A stretch of 64,000 bases of DNA from an uncultured Candidatus Saccharibacteria bacterium (GTDB taxonomy: Bacteria; Patescibacteriota; Doudnabacteria; UBA920). The position numbers were made by a program, and so were the translations under genes. Of the stretch, positions 49,726-60,126 are shown in pieces. The notes under the pieces were generated by a model. That model had not been told where the DNA came from. It worked only from the letters and a program-made list of their open reading frames with translations, and did no database searches. Position 1 is the first letter of the stretch, and each line of letters begins with the position of its first letter. The stretch spans positions 10,671-74,670 of the forward strand of contig CAYSUI010000005.1 in the NCBI GenBank assembly GCA_964434195.1. The letters run 5' to 3'.

Positions 49726-50184
49726 GTGGACATAAGAAAATCAGCTAAGTCATTGTTAGATGTGTTAATCTTTCTCTGGCCAATCACCATCATATTAATT
49801 GGGGTATTATTATCCCTAACTTTCGTCATATTGTACGACTACTTACCAACTTCTCCTCTACCAAGTTACAAAATCGAAGGTATAGGACAAATCTACATGC
49901 ACGAAAAAGGTAGATACACCATCGAAGTAAACAAACCTGGTACAAAAGAATTCACGCTGGAATCTCTTTCGCAAGACCGATACGATTTTGGAGCTAATAT
50001 TGTTGTAAGAGACGTGCCCGAAGAAAACCAAAATTACATCATCATTAAACAGGTTAAAAATGGTTTAACCGGTGGAACGCAAAACGCGCAACTCGAATTC
50101 CATATTAAGCCTTCTTCCCGAATACAAGGTGGAAGTTGGGACCATGGTAAGTCAGGCAAAGGGACAACCCAGCCAATCGATTAG
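49726..50184 (+). CDS. Hypothetical membrane-anchored protein
   Basis: GGAGG RBS, GTG start, one TM. Confidence 0.6.
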   Translation: MDIRKSAKSLLDVLIFLWPITIILIGVLLSLTFVILYDYLPTSPLPSYKIEGIGQIYMHEKGRYTIEVNKPGTKEFTLESLSQDRYDFGANIVVRDVPEENQNYIIIKQVKNGLTGGTQNAQLEFHIKPSSRIQGGSWDHGKSGKGTTQPID

Positions 50185-50249
50185 CATACAACCCAAACAA
50201 GGTTGTTTTTTTATTTGGCAACTCGAGGCTATACCATTAAACTAACCAT

Positions 50250-51284
50250 ATGCAAAACAAGATAAAAATCGCCATTCTATACGGTGGCAAATCAGCGGAA
50301 CACGAAATCTCCATAAGGTCAGCCGAAAGCATAGAAAAAGCTCTCGATAAAGAAAAATACGAAATAACAAAAATATTCATTGCTCCAAGTGGAAAGTGGC
50401 AACTGGAAAATAAATCTAAAAACATCCTTCTAGCCCCAGAATCTAACGGCGAACTAACCGTTAATGGAGAAGTTTCGGCACAAAAAATAGATGTTGTTTT
50501 TCCAGTCCTCCACGGACCCTTCGGTGAAGATGGCACTGTTCAGGGACTCCTTAAACTTGCCGGAATACCTTTTGTAGGGCCAAGCGTACTAGGTTCTAGC
50601 ATAGGTATGGACAAAGACGTTACCAAAAGACTACTAAAGGAAGCTGGTATTCCCATCCCAAAATTCATAACAACCACACAGTCTAAATTACCTAGCTACG
50701 TATTAGCCAAAGAAACCCTAGGTAATATCATATTCGTAAAACCAGCAAATTTAGGTTCTTCTGTTGGTGTACATAAGGTAACCAATGAACAAGAATACCA
50801 ATCGGCAACTATAAATGCTTTCTCTTACGACACTAAAATATTACTAGAAGAATTCATAGAAGGTAGAGAAATAGAATGCTCCGTTTTAGGTAACGAAGAC
50901 CCCATAAGTTCTCTTCCCGGTGAAATAATCCCCACTCACGACTTCTATTCATACGACGCAAAATATACCGATCAAAACGGAGCTAAATACGAAATTCCAG
51001 CTAAGCTAGACGAAATTACAACGAAAAAAATTCAAGATTTAAGTATAAAATCTTTTAAAACACTTTGTTGCGAAGGAATGTCTCGAGTAGATTTTTTCCT
51101 TAAGCCAAATGGTGAAATATTAGTAAACGAAGTTAACACCATCCCGGGTTTCACTTCTATCAGCATGTACCCGAAAATGTGGGAAGCTAGCGGTCTCCCA
51201 TATAGCAAACTATTAGATAAACTAATAGATCTAGCAATAAAAAGACATCAGACAGAACAAAAACTCCTAACAAATAGACCATAA
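50250..51284 (+). CDS. ddl: D-alanine-D-alanine ligase
   Basis: GGKSAEHEIS, LHGPFGEDG, VKPANLGSSVG, NEVNTIPG. Confidence 0.96.
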   Translation: MQNKIKIAILYGGKSAEHEISIRSAESIEKALDKEKYEITKIFIAPSGKWQLENKSKNILLAPESNGELTVNGEVSAQKIDVVFPVLHGPFGEDGTVQGLLKLAGIPFVGPSVLGSSIGMDKDVTKRLLKEAGIPIPKFITTTQSKLPSYVLAKETLGNIIFVKPANLGSSVGVHKVTNEQEYQSATINAFSYDTKILLEEFIEGREIECSVLGNEDPISSLPGEIIPTHDFYSYDAKYTDQNGAKYEIPAKLDEITTKKIQDLSIKSFKTLCCEGMSRVDFFLKPNGEILVNEVNTIPGFTSISMYPKMWEASGLPYSKLLDKLIDLAIKRHQTEQKLLTNRP

Positions 51285-51323
51285 TTAAAACCCCCGAAAC
51301 TATCGGGGGTTTTAAATACTTTA

Positions 51324-52463
51324 CTACTTTGTCTTCTCTTCTGTGTTTTCCTTTGTAGGAGCATCACTAGACTTAAGTGTAAGCCCAAGTCTGTGCTCGC
51401 CTGGTTCAATAGAAATTATCTTGAACACTTTCTCATCTCCAATAGCAACAACATCTTCTGCCTGCTTCACTGGGTCATTAGATAATTCCATTAAATGTGC
51501 CAAGCCCTGTATATCTTTATCCAGCTCTACAAATACTCCAAATGGCATTATCTTTGTAATTTTTCCACTTACTTCCTGACCTACCTGATATTTTTTAACA
51601 GCCTCTAACCAAGGGTCTGTCTTAAGTTGTTTAATAGACAAAGAAACTCTACCTTTGTCTATAGCTATTATTTTACATTCAACTTCTTGCCCAACTCTTA
51701 TAATATCTTTCGGATTCTCTATTCTCTGCCAAGCAAGCTCAGAAATATGCACCAAACCTTCAAGTTCACCAAATTTTACGAAAACACCGAAATCTACTAC
51801 ACCTGTTACTGTACCTTTTACTACCTGGCCTATTTTCAACTTACCCAACTTATCTTCCATTTCTTTTTCATATACCGCACGCTCAGAAACGATGAGCTTT
51901 TCTTCTTCAGAATCAGCAGTAATTATCTGTACAGTGAAAATTTGTCCTACATAAGAATTTAAAGCGGAAAGAATTTTGTTCTTATCGCCTTCTTCTACTC
52001 TAGGGTAGTGTTCTAAAGAAAGCTGAGACACTGGCAAGAATCCAGTTACTCCGTTTATTTCTACCATAAGTCCACCCTTGTTAGCAGCCAATATCTTAGT
52101 GTGAACAACTTCTTTACTATCAAGCTTGTCTTTAAGTGTTTGCCATACTCGTTCTTGCCCAGCAACACGAAGACTAAGCTCTACGTTACCATCTTTATTT
52201 TCTGCCTCTACAACAGAGGCAGTAATGATATCACCTACTTTTAAAGAATTTAGGGTAGCTTCATCATCATAAAGCTCTCTACCTCTTACAACACCCAGAC
52301 CCAAACCCTCTATATCAATATAAACTTCATTTTTACCTACGGAAAGTAGAGTACCTTCTACCATATCTCCAGGTTTAATAACCCGGATCTCAACACCACT
52401 TGCTAACAAATCGCTCATTGTCTGAGCTTTTTGAGCATTTGAATTAATTTGTTCGTCTGACAT
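51324..52463 (-). CDS. rpsA: 30S ribosomal protein S1 (four S1 domains)
   Basis: DFGVFV...EGLVHISELAW, SLSIKQL..DPW repeats. Confidence 0.9.
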   Translation of the reverse strand: MSDEQINSNAQKAQTMSDLLASGVEIRVIKPGDMVEGTLLSVGKNEVYIDIEGLGLGVVRGRELYDDEATLNSLKVGDIITASVVEAENKDGNVELSLRVAGQERVWQTLKDKLDSKEVVHTKILAANKGGLMVEINGVTGFLPVSQLSLEHYPRVEEGDKNKILSALNSYVGQIFTVQIITADSEEEKLIVSERAVYEKEMEDKLGKLKIGQVVKGTVTGVVDFGVFVKFGELEGLVHISELAWQRIENPKDIIRVGQEVECKIIAIDKGRVSLSIKQLKTDPWLEAVKKYQVGQEVSGKITKIMPFGVFVELDKDIQGLAHLMELSNDPVKQAEDVVAIGDEKVFKIISIEPGEHRLGLTLKSSDAPTKENTEEKTK

Positions 52464-52776
52464 ATATATAAAAAACACCTGCAAGCAGATGTTTAACCAT
52501 AAGAATACAATTCCCTATAAAAACAGAGTATTAAATTCTAATAATTAAACAGTGCCTTGCCCAAAACGGGCAACTTATTCGGGATTAATAATTAAATTTA
52601 GATAAAAGCACTGAACCAAATAAGCCTCCCCATTATACGTAAAAGATTTACCCTTGTCATCTTGACAAAAATACTAATTATTAGCATAATTTCATTTATT
52701 TCTAACACTCCGAATGAAAAAGTTTTAACCCAAATATACCTTTATTAGGAGTCAAAAAAACTAACCTGGAGAAGTA

Positions 52777-53148
52777 ATGGTTAAATTCGTTATAAAAGTA
52801 AAAATAGAAGAAGATGACCCAAACATACAAACAAAATCATGGGAAGGGTTTATTGAACTACCAGTACCGAATGGATGCAATCTTCAAGACCCCCAAACAT
52901 TTGGAAGAATGGCCTCAAAAGCGCTATGTATGTTGGGTGGCTGGAAGTCAGTCGATACTGAACGCCCTCAAAACAGGATCATAGCTATCGCTCAACTTAT
53001 GCAACTTTTAGGTAAACTTGCCAATTCATTTAGGAATGCATTCGAAACCCGCTCAAATGAATCTCTCCAAGGCATAGACACTATCATAATCGGATTCCCA
53101 AAAAATGGAATTGGTATCGCTCAAACCCATGAAATCAGAATGAAATGA
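52777..53148 (+). CDS. Hypothetical protein
   Basis: GGAG RBS; TTGACA-17-CATAAT upstream. Confidence 0.55.
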   Translation: MVKFVIKVKIEEDDPNIQTKSWEGFIELPVPNGCNLQDPQTFGRMASKALCMLGGWKSVDTERPQNRIIAIAQLMQLLGKLANSFRNAFETRSNESLQGIDTIIIGFPKNGIGIAQTHEIRMK

Positions 53149-53362
53149 ATTCAAACATACCGTAAAAGTGACAGTATTTTTTATTGCCTAAACACCCCAA
53201 AAAAAGTACAATACATAGGTACTTTTAATAATTTATTAGCGGTTTTTTCTTCTCTTTTTGCCTTCCAAAGATGTAGCATTTCTAGGATCCGGCTTTGCCG
53301 GGCATAGAAATAACAGCGGAAAGGGTGAGTAATGAGAGGGAAAACCATGTTTTCCCTCTCAT

Positions 53363-53989
53363 ATGCATTTACAATTTTTCGGACTTTCAAGTTTCAAATT
53401 CACAACAAAAGAAGCAGTGGTAGTTACCGACCCCTTCGATAAATCGTCTGGTCTTACTCCACCAAGAGGTGGAGCAGATATAGTAATTCTCGCCGAAAAA
53501 GAAAACCCACTCTATTCAGAAATAAAAGGTATTACCGGTGAACCTTTCCATGCTTTCGACCCAGGAGAATACGACGTAAAAGGAGTAACAATAACCGGCA
53601 TCCCTTTAAAACAAGATAAGGGCTATGTAACGGCATTCCTAATAGAAAGTGAAGATATCAGAATTCTTAATTTAACTCACATTAAAGAATTCTCTATGAA
53701 ACAAGACGAACTAGAAGACTTGGGAGATATAGACATTCTCATCTTGCCCGTTGGTGGCCACTCTGTAATGGACGCTAGTACAGCAGCCAAAGTAGTAAAC
53801 CAAGTAGAACCCGCTCTTATTATTCCCAGCCACTACAGTATGGACGGACTAAAAACAGAAACCGATAAATTAGAAAAATTTGTTAAAGAAATGGGTGGTA
53901 AATCAGAAGAGACAGATAAAATAATCGTTAAAAAGAAAGACCTAAACCCAGAAATTTCCAAAGTTATGGTTCTCACGCCTATGAGATAA
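53363..53989 (+). CDS. Metallo-beta-lactamase-fold protein (degenerate metal motif)
   Basis: VVTDPF, PGEYDVKGV, DIDILILPVGG, IIPSHY. Confidence 0.8.
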   Translation: MHLQFFGLSSFKFTTKEAVVVTDPFDKSSGLTPPRGGADIVILAEKENPLYSEIKGITGEPFHAFDPGEYDVKGVTITGIPLKQDKGYVTAFLIESEDIRILNLTHIKEFSMKQDELEDLGDIDILILPVGGHSVMDASTAAKVVNQVEPALIIPSHYSMDGLKTETDKLEKFVKEMGGKSEETDKIIVKKKDLNPEISKVMVLTPMR

Positions 53990-53998
53990 TTTTGATCC

Positions 53999-54229
53999 AT
54001 GTATATGTCTCTAAAAGATATTCAAAACAAAAGTCCCGAAGAAAAAAAGAGATTAATAGCTATAATCTTATTCATAACATCTCTATTTCTTGTAGGTCTC
54101 TGGATAGCAACGTCTAAACTCAGACATAACCTAAACAAAGACGAAACTATAATTGAAACCTTCAGAACCGGAATCCAGGATACCAAAACCAATTTTAAAA
54201 ACCCTAACGCCCCAGATCCTTCTAAATAA
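53999..54229 (+). CDS. Small single-TM protein
   Basis: IQNKSPEEKKR followed by a TM; lies between the MBL gene and gyrA. Confidence 0.6.
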   Translation: MYMSLKDIQNKSPEEKKRLIAIILFITSLFLVGLWIATSKLRHNLNKDETIIETFRTGIQDTKTNFKNPNAPDPSK

Positions 54230-54238
54230 CTATCAAAA

Positions 54239-56713
54239 ATGACCAACAAAGATAAAGAAATCGCAAAAACCGATGAATTCAACATCGGCACAGTCAAACC
54301 AAGAGACATTCAAACAGAAATGCAAGAATCTTACTTGGATTACGCAATGAGTGTTATCGTTAACCGCGCCCTCCCAGACATTAGAGACGGCCTTAAGCCA
54401 GTACACAGACGCATATTCTATGCTATGCACGAACTAGGACTACGCCATAACGCTAAATTCCGTAAATCTGCAGCTGTTGTTGGTGAAGTACTTGGTAAAT
54501 ACCACCCACACGGCGACCAAGCGGTTTACCAGTCCATGGTTCACATGGCCCAAGACTTCGCCATGCGTTACCCGCTTATAGACGGTCAAGGAAATTTCGG
54601 TTCTATGGATGGCGATGAAGCCGCAGCCATGCGTTATACAGAAGCCAGAATGGATTCTCTTGCAGAGGAACTCCTAACAGACCTAGACAAAGAAACCGTT
54701 GAATGGCGAGATAACTACGATGCCACAAGAAAAGAACCTTCTGTGCTCCCAGCAAAGCTTCCAAACCTTTTACTAAATGGAACTCTTGGCATCGCTGTTG
54801 GTATGGCCACAGACATACCCCCACACAACATAAGCGAAGTTATAGACGGCATCACAATGCTTATAGAAGACCCAGAGGTAACCGTTGAAGATCTCACTAC
54901 AGTAGTTAAAGGTCCAGATTTTCCTACCGGAGGAACAATCTACGATATCGCAAGTATAAGAAACGCATACGCTACAGGAAAAGGAAGCATAGTAATGCGC
55001 GGTAAAACCGAAATTGTAGAAACCAAAAGTGGCATGTTCCAAATCATCATCAACGAAATTCCGTATCGTGTGAACAAAGCCACAATGCTCGAAAGAATTG
55101 CCGACCTAGTTCGTGACAAAAAAATTGAAGGCATAAAAGATGTACGTGATGAATCCGACAAAGAGGGCGTTAGGGTCGTAATCGACTTAAAAAAAGAAAG
55201 TTTACCAAACAAAATACTCAATCAGTTATTCTCTTACACCCAGCTCCAAGAAACCTTTCACATGAACATGCTGGCGCTTATAGACGGACTAGAACCAAGG
55301 GTTCTAAACCTCAAAAGCATTCTGGAAGAATACATAAAACACAGACAAGTTGTTGTAAGAAGAAGAACGGAGTTCGATCTCAAAAAAGCAAAAGAACGAG
55401 CACACATTTTAGAGGGTTTAACTATTGCGCTAGACCACATAGACGAAGTCATAAACACCATAAGAAAGAGCGCAACAAAAGAAGAAGCCCACGCTAACTT
55501 AATGAAAAAGTTTAAGTTAAGCACTCTTCAAGCTCAAGCTATCCTAGATATGAGACTGCAAACACTCGCAGGTCTCGAAAGAAAGAAAATAGACGATGAG
55601 TTAAAAGAGAAAAGAAAACTTATCGCAGAACTGGAAGATATACTTAGCAAACCAAAGCGTATTCTCGCTATTATAAAAACCGAAATTGCTGAACTCAAAG
55701 AAAAATATGGCGACGAGAGACGTACTCAAATAGTTAAGTCCCCTGTTGGCACATTCTCTGTAGAAGACCTTATACCAGAAAACGAAAGCCTAATATCTTT
55801 CACTAAGAGTGGGTACATAAAACGTCTAGCTCCAGAAACCTACAAAGCCCAAGTTAGAGGAGGCAAGGGTGTCATAGGTACCGGACTAAAAGACGAAGAC
55901 GTCGTTGAGAAGTTAATTTCCGCCAATACTCACGACGAAATTCTCTTTTTCACCAATAAAGGGAGGGTATTTCTTACTAAAGTTTATGAACTCCCAGAAG
56001 GAAGCAGAACTAGTAAAGGACAAGCTCTGGTTAACTTCCTAGAAATGGGTACAGGCGAAACCGCTACAGCAATTCTGACCCTAAGCAAAAACGACTCAGT
56101 AAAATTCCTCGTAATGGCCACTAAGGGCGGGGTTATAAAAAAGGTTGCAAGAGAAGAATTCGCTAAAGTTAGAAGATCAGGTCTTATCGCCATAAACCTA
56201 AAAGACGGAGATGAACTAAAATGGGTAGAAGGCAGTAGCGGAACTGACGAGATCATTCTTGTATCAGAAAATGGAATGGCAATTCGTTTCAACGAAAAAG
56301 ACGTAAGAGCAATGGGCAGAGTATCCACCGGAGTAGGTGGCATGAGACTTAAAAAAGGTGATTGCCTAATATCCATGGATGTAATCGCTAAAACTGCAGA
56401 CCAAAAAAATCTTGAGGTTTTGGTAATAACAGAAAAAGGTCTAGGTAAAAAGAGCCCTATCTCAGATTATAAAACCCAAAAAAGAGCCGGTGGTGGTGTA
56501 AAGACCCTAAAAATTACTCCAAAGACAGGTAAAGCCGTTGCAATGAATATCGTTAACAACAAAGATGAAAACGACCTTGTAATTATCTCCAAGCAAGGCC
56601 AAACCCTAAGAACACCCCTAAACTCCATCTCCACCCTAGGCCGAGCCACCCAAGGCGTAAGAGTAATGAGATTAGACGATGGAGACTCAGTGGCTAGCGT
56701 AACGGTCATTTAA
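54239..56713 (+). CDS. gyrA: DNA gyrase subunit A
   Basis: [14 protein letters not shown], GyrA-box QVRGGKG, C-terminal pinwheel repeats. Confidence 0.97.
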   Translation: MTNKDKEIAKTDEFNIGTVKPRDIQTEMQESYLDYAMSVIVNRALPDIRDGLKPVHRRIFYAMHELGLRHNAKFRKSAAVVGEVLGKYHPHGDQAVYQSMVHMAQDFAMRYPLIDGQGNFGSMDGDEAAAMRYTEARMDSLAEELLTDLDKETVEWRDNYDATRKEPSVLPAKLPNLLLNGTLGIAVGMATDIPPHNISEVIDGITMLIEDPEVTVEDLTTVVKGPDFPTGGTIYDIASIRNAYATGKGSIVMRGKTEIVETKSGMFQIIINEIPYRVNKATMLERIADLVRDKKIEGIKDVRDESDKEGVRVVIDLKKESLPNKILNQLFSYTQLQETFHMNMLALIDGLEPRVLNLKSILEEYIKHRQVVVRRRTEFDLKKAKERAHILEGLTIALDHIDEVINTIRKSATKEEAHANLMKKFKLSTLQAQAILDMRLQTLAGLERKKIDDELKEKRKLIAELEDILSKPKRILAIIKTEIAELKEKYGDERRTQIVKSPVGTFSVEDLIPENESLISFTKSGYIKRLAPETYKAQVRGGKGVIGTGLKDEDVVEKLISANTHDEILFFTNKGRVFLTKVYELPEGSRTSKGQALVNFLEMGTGETATAILTLSKNDSVKFLVMATKGGVIKKVAREEFAKVRRSGLIAINLKDGDELKWVEGSSGTDEIILVSENGMAIRFNEKDVRAMGRVSTGVGGMRLKKGDCLISMDVIAKTADQKNLEVLVITEKGLGKKSPISDYKTQKRAGGGVKTLKITPKTGKAVAMNIVNNKDENDLVIISKQGQTLRTPLNSISTLGRATQGVRVMRLDDGDSVASVTVI

Positions 56714-56792
56714 TAGCGGCAAGGCCGCGAGAAGGGAGGCTCGAATCTGGCTCTGCCAGTTCGAGAGGCGACGCAAGCCCCCTTAGTAGCAA
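56714..56792. repeat. Family B structured element after the gyrA stop
   Basis: gcggc-aag-gccgc, ctcgaa-ctggctctgccag-ttcgag, acgcaagcccc. Confidence 0.8.
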
Positions 56793-56843
56793 GTCATGAG
56801 ATTAGACGATGGCGATAGCGTAGCAAGCGTTACTGTCATTTAG
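56793..56843 (+). pseudogene. Orphan copy of the last 16 gyrA codons plus stop
   Basis: Translates [16 protein letters not shown], identical to the GyrA C-terminus; 11 of 51 nt differ, all silent. Confidence 0.93.
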
Positions 56844-57008
56844 GGATCCTAAATTACTTGCTTACATATTAGTTTTAGAAAAAAGCGCGAAGAGCGCTTT
56901 TTTCTAAAACATGGAAAGAAGCAATTTGGGAAGAGGAGAACTTTATGGAGACTGCAGTAATTAGTTTTATATCAAACTAATTAGGGAAGTCGAAATAAAG
57001 TTGGACGA
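56844..57008. repeat. Family C structured element
   Basis: Homologous to 48538-48704 with covarying stems. Confidence 0.9.
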
Positions 57009-57029
57009 GCAAGTGTGACTGTTATCTAA
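57009..57029 (+). pseudogene. Second orphan copy of the gyrA end (last 6 codons plus stop)
   Basis: gca agt gtg act gtt atc taa = ASVTVI*; every third position of the six sense codons differs from the gene. Confidence 0.8.
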
Positions 57030-57066
57030 AACCCTAACCATTATTAAATATAAAAATAAGCGACTC

Positions 57067-57435
57067 CTAAGCGGGGTCGCTTTCGTTTTCTACCAGTTCA
57101 AGAATTCTCCTCTCAATTGTTATAAGATTAACGTTTAAAGGGAAACAAAATTGAGGAATTTCGGGATATTTCATTTGAGATTCACGCCAACTCTTAAGTG
57201 ATATAGTAACACCAAAAGATTTCTCAAGCTTATCGGTCCAAATCGTAAAATCTTTACCCTCACCATCAGCAACCGAATGGGGCCTGTGTCTCTTGTATTT
57301 AGTTATATACCCTTTCACTTTAAGTTCTTCTAATAATTTCTCGACCTTAGACTCCAAATCTCTACCGAATTCGGAATATCTTTTAGATTTTCTTTCACGA
57401 TAAGCCTGAAAATCTCGTTTATTCTTCCAACCCAT
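57067..57435 (-). CDS. Hypothetical protein, possible PD-(D/E)xK-like fold
   Basis: GGAGG RBS; GRDLE...ADGEGKDF pattern. Confidence 0.55.
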   Translation of the reverse strand: MGWKNKRDFQAYRERKSKRYSEFGRDLESKVEKLLEELKVKGYITKYKRHRPHSVADGEGKDFTIWTDKLEKSFGVTISLKSWRESQMKYPEIPQFCFPLNVNLITIERRILELVENESDPA

Positions 57436-57563
57436 ATTCCCTCCTTTACCCCCCCTATTTTAAATATAATAACCCCACTTATCCACTCTTTGCAAAAACA
57501 TTTAGCCTTTGCTATCTTTGCTTTTGGTACAATCCATATATTGTCCAAAAAAGGAGACGACAA

Positions 57564-58466
57564 ATGATAAAGAGGGAAAAACAAAGCACATTAAATTGGA
57601 CTGAAGGTCATAACCTTTTGCTCGAATGCGGGATTAACCCCGATAGTCTAGATCCCGATTTTCTATTGCGTTATCGCATCCAAACAGAGGAATCAGATAG
57701 CATATATGACGCAAAAATAACTATCGAGCTAGCCAAAGAATTCAATACGTATTTAGAAAACTGTGGGTTTGCAATCCTGGACGATACAGAACTCAGAGAA
57801 ATTTTTGTAGGCTTGCTACTTTCGGATATCGGTAAAACTGGACCAGAATTTCCAGAAGGCATGCAAGAAACTCAAAAAATTCAACAGATACGCGATTACT
57901 TAAAACTATATTCAATTAAAAATATACCGAATTACGAGTCAATTTCTCTAGAAGATTGTATCAGAAAATATTTCTCCGAAGACAAAGAAATGGTATCCAG
58001 ATTTAAGGCATACGGCGAAGACCCATCTCAGTCCATGAGAAATTTCACTAACCAACACGCACACCGAAGCTACAAAATAGCTTGCAATAGCGGAATTCCC
58101 GAGGACACAATCCCCGCAATTGCTCTTCATCACATATTTGAAGACCAAAATCCTGATAATCTAGTTGCTGAAGACGGCCACTTTACTCGCGACTGTGGTT
58201 GCAACACAGAATTTCACCGTCCTGAACTTCTAGTGGTTATACTAGACAAACTAAATGCCGTCCAAACAAGACTTACTCCCGGACAAACCGCTCCCAGTTG
58301 GCTGGAAGCCACACTTTTAGTAGAAGTTCAAATGGAAGAACGAATCGAAAGACTAACTCACCCCGAACTCAAAAAACTTCTAAAATCCATGTGGTATGAG
58401 GTCACACAAACACTTCATAGAATCGCGGCCTTCAAATCTCCCAGAGCCTACAGTACGAAAGCTTAA
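57564..58466 (+). CDS. HD-domain-like protein
   Basis: LLSDIGK, H...S, IALHH, ILDK; AGGAG RBS. Confidence 0.6.
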   Translation: MIKREKQSTLNWTEGHNLLLECGINPDSLDPDFLLRYRIQTEESDSIYDAKITIELAKEFNTYLENCGFAILDDTELREIFVGLLLSDIGKTGPEFPEGMQETQKIQQIRDYLKLYSIKNIPNYESISLEDCIRKYFSEDKEMVSRFKAYGEDPSQSMRNFTNQHAHRSYKIACNSGIPEDTIPAIALHHIFEDQNPDNLVAEDGHFTRDCGCNTEFHRPELLVVILDKLNAVQTRLTPGQTAPSWLEATLLVEVQMEERIERLTHPELKKLLKSMWYEVTQTLHRIAAFKSPRAYSTKA

Positions 58467-58570
58467 AAAACCGAGCAACTTAGTTGCTCATTTTATTTTC
58501 CTTCTTGACTTTTATACAAAAATTCAGCAAAATGCACGATTCGACTTAAAATAATTTCTTTGGAGGGAAC

Positions 58571-59902
58571 ATGACAGGAACAAATCTGAACTCGCTTCTC
58601 AGCGAGTTTAAAAGACTAGCAGGAAACAACTTCCAACTTTTTACAAACCGATATTTCCAAGCGAGGTCGGGAGGAGAATTCGTTCTCCCTTACGAAGCCA
58701 TTCTTGAACACTTTGGTCTGAACCCCAAACTAGTTTCTGGCCAAACCCACATAATCATATGCGATGCTTTTCGTGACTTAGACGACGAGAAGACTATCAT
58801 TCTCATGAAAGCACTAATTGAATGCGAAGCCGAGCTCGCTGTCGTGGTCACAAATCTAAACAGCGCGCTCGACCGGGCGTGCGGAGTTAAAGGATTACTA
58901 AGACTACTGGATCTGGGTTTTGTACCAGTAGGAGTAGGTACTGACGGCTCCAACGAAGCGGTACCTTTCCATTTCGAAAGGACAGTACCTTTTGCAGTGC
59001 CCGCATACCAAGTAAACCCAGACGGTCAAAGCCTAATAATTAACACACTCACTTCCGCTAAGCCAAAAAGTGTAAGTGTGTTACTAATCTCCTCACTTCG
59101 TGATATGGACATCATATTAGAAGAAAACAACTCCCTCTGCCGCGATCGGATAAACCGAATTACCTTAATGGCGGGGGTAAAAATCGCAAATGGTAAACCA
59201 AAGTTGCTAAATGGCTTACTTCAAGCAGACATAAAGACTAACGGCGTAGGTGGTGCATCAAACTGCAATTTTGATACAGCTGCTAGCACAAGACTGTATC
59301 GGAACGCTCAAAAGCTCGAAATTCCTACTACAACTCTCACAAGAGTAACCGCGGGTGAAGTTAAGTTACCGTTTAGTATCTTCGATATTTGGGCTACCAC
59401 AGGCCACCCAGCCGCCTCACGCCTCAAAGACGGCCAATCCCATAGTTTCAATAACTTACGCCTGGCTTGCCTGGAAGGTAAAGGTGGTCCACACAGAGTA
59501 GCTCTCGAACTCGCGCTGGACCGAGACATAAACTGGTTCATCTATAAGGCGTTTTTCAGAAACGCTCCAAAAGAAATACAGGAGCAAATTCTGAACCTGC
59601 CATTACATGAATCTGTCTGGCCCATTGCCGCCGACTACGGCGAGCTTATGCCCTACGACCCACTGGCACTACTCGCAAGCATAGAAGGCAACTCGCTGTT
59701 TAACTATCACTCCACAGTGGTAGGCGGAGCTGTTCACAAGGTGGTAGGTATAGACGCCCAAAACACCGGCGCCCTAGACCCACTTTCCTTAAGAATGCTT
59801 CTGTTCATAGCCACAACAGAAGTACTCATAAGAACATCCAACCACGCCAAACGCGAATTCCTCGCCATAAAACGCGAACGCCTAGAAGCAAAAACTATCT
59901 AA
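58571..59902 (+). CDS. Nucleoside hydrolase-like protein
   Basis: IICDAFRDLDDE N-terminal motif, ASNCNFD, PYDPLA. Confidence 0.7.
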   Translation: MTGTNLNSLLSEFKRLAGNNFQLFTNRYFQARSGGEFVLPYEAILEHFGLNPKLVSGQTHIIICDAFRDLDDEKTIILMKALIECEAELAVVVTNLNSALDRACGVKGLLRLLDLGFVPVGVGTDGSNEAVPFHFERTVPFAVPAYQVNPDGQSLIINTLTSAKPKSVSVLLISSLRDMDIILEENNSLCRDRINRITLMAGVKIANGKPKLLNGLLQADIKTNGVGGASNCNFDTAASTRLYRNAQKLEIPTTTLTRVTAGEVKLPFSIFDIWATTGHPAASRLKDGQSHSFNNLRLACLEGKGGPHRVALELALDRDINWFIYKAFFRNAPKEIQEQILNLPLHESVWPIAADYGELMPYDPLALLASIEGNSLFNYHSTVVGGAVHKVVGIDAQNTGALDPLSLRMLLFIATTEVLIRTSNHAKREFLAIKRERLEAKTI

Positions 59903-59988
59903 TCCCAAGACCCAAAACGGTCTTTTTTATTTCCCATACTTAATTTCCCTACATAATAAACAAAAGACACCACTAAAGGTGCCTAAAA

Positions 59989-60126
59989 TTCACGAGCGAA
60001 GCAATGTGAGTGCTAAAATGGGGTCCCCGACAGCTCGCTTTTGGGGAAGAGGGACACGAGCCAAAACATCGCGCAAGGTTTTCTGCATCGAAAACCTGGA
60101 GCAAAGTTTGGGCTCGATGGCCCGAG
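59989..60126. repeat. Family A element, copy 4 (diverged; 3' of tRNA-Ile)
   Basis: ttcacgagcgaagcaatgtga...gggaca...aggttt...aaacct...tggcccg. Confidence 0.8.

Noticed and set aside
56663-56843. Diversity-generating retroelement TR/VR pair at gyrA, with the four-helix protein as Avd
   Set aside because: Differences are not confined to adenines and are all silent, and no reverse transcriptase is present.
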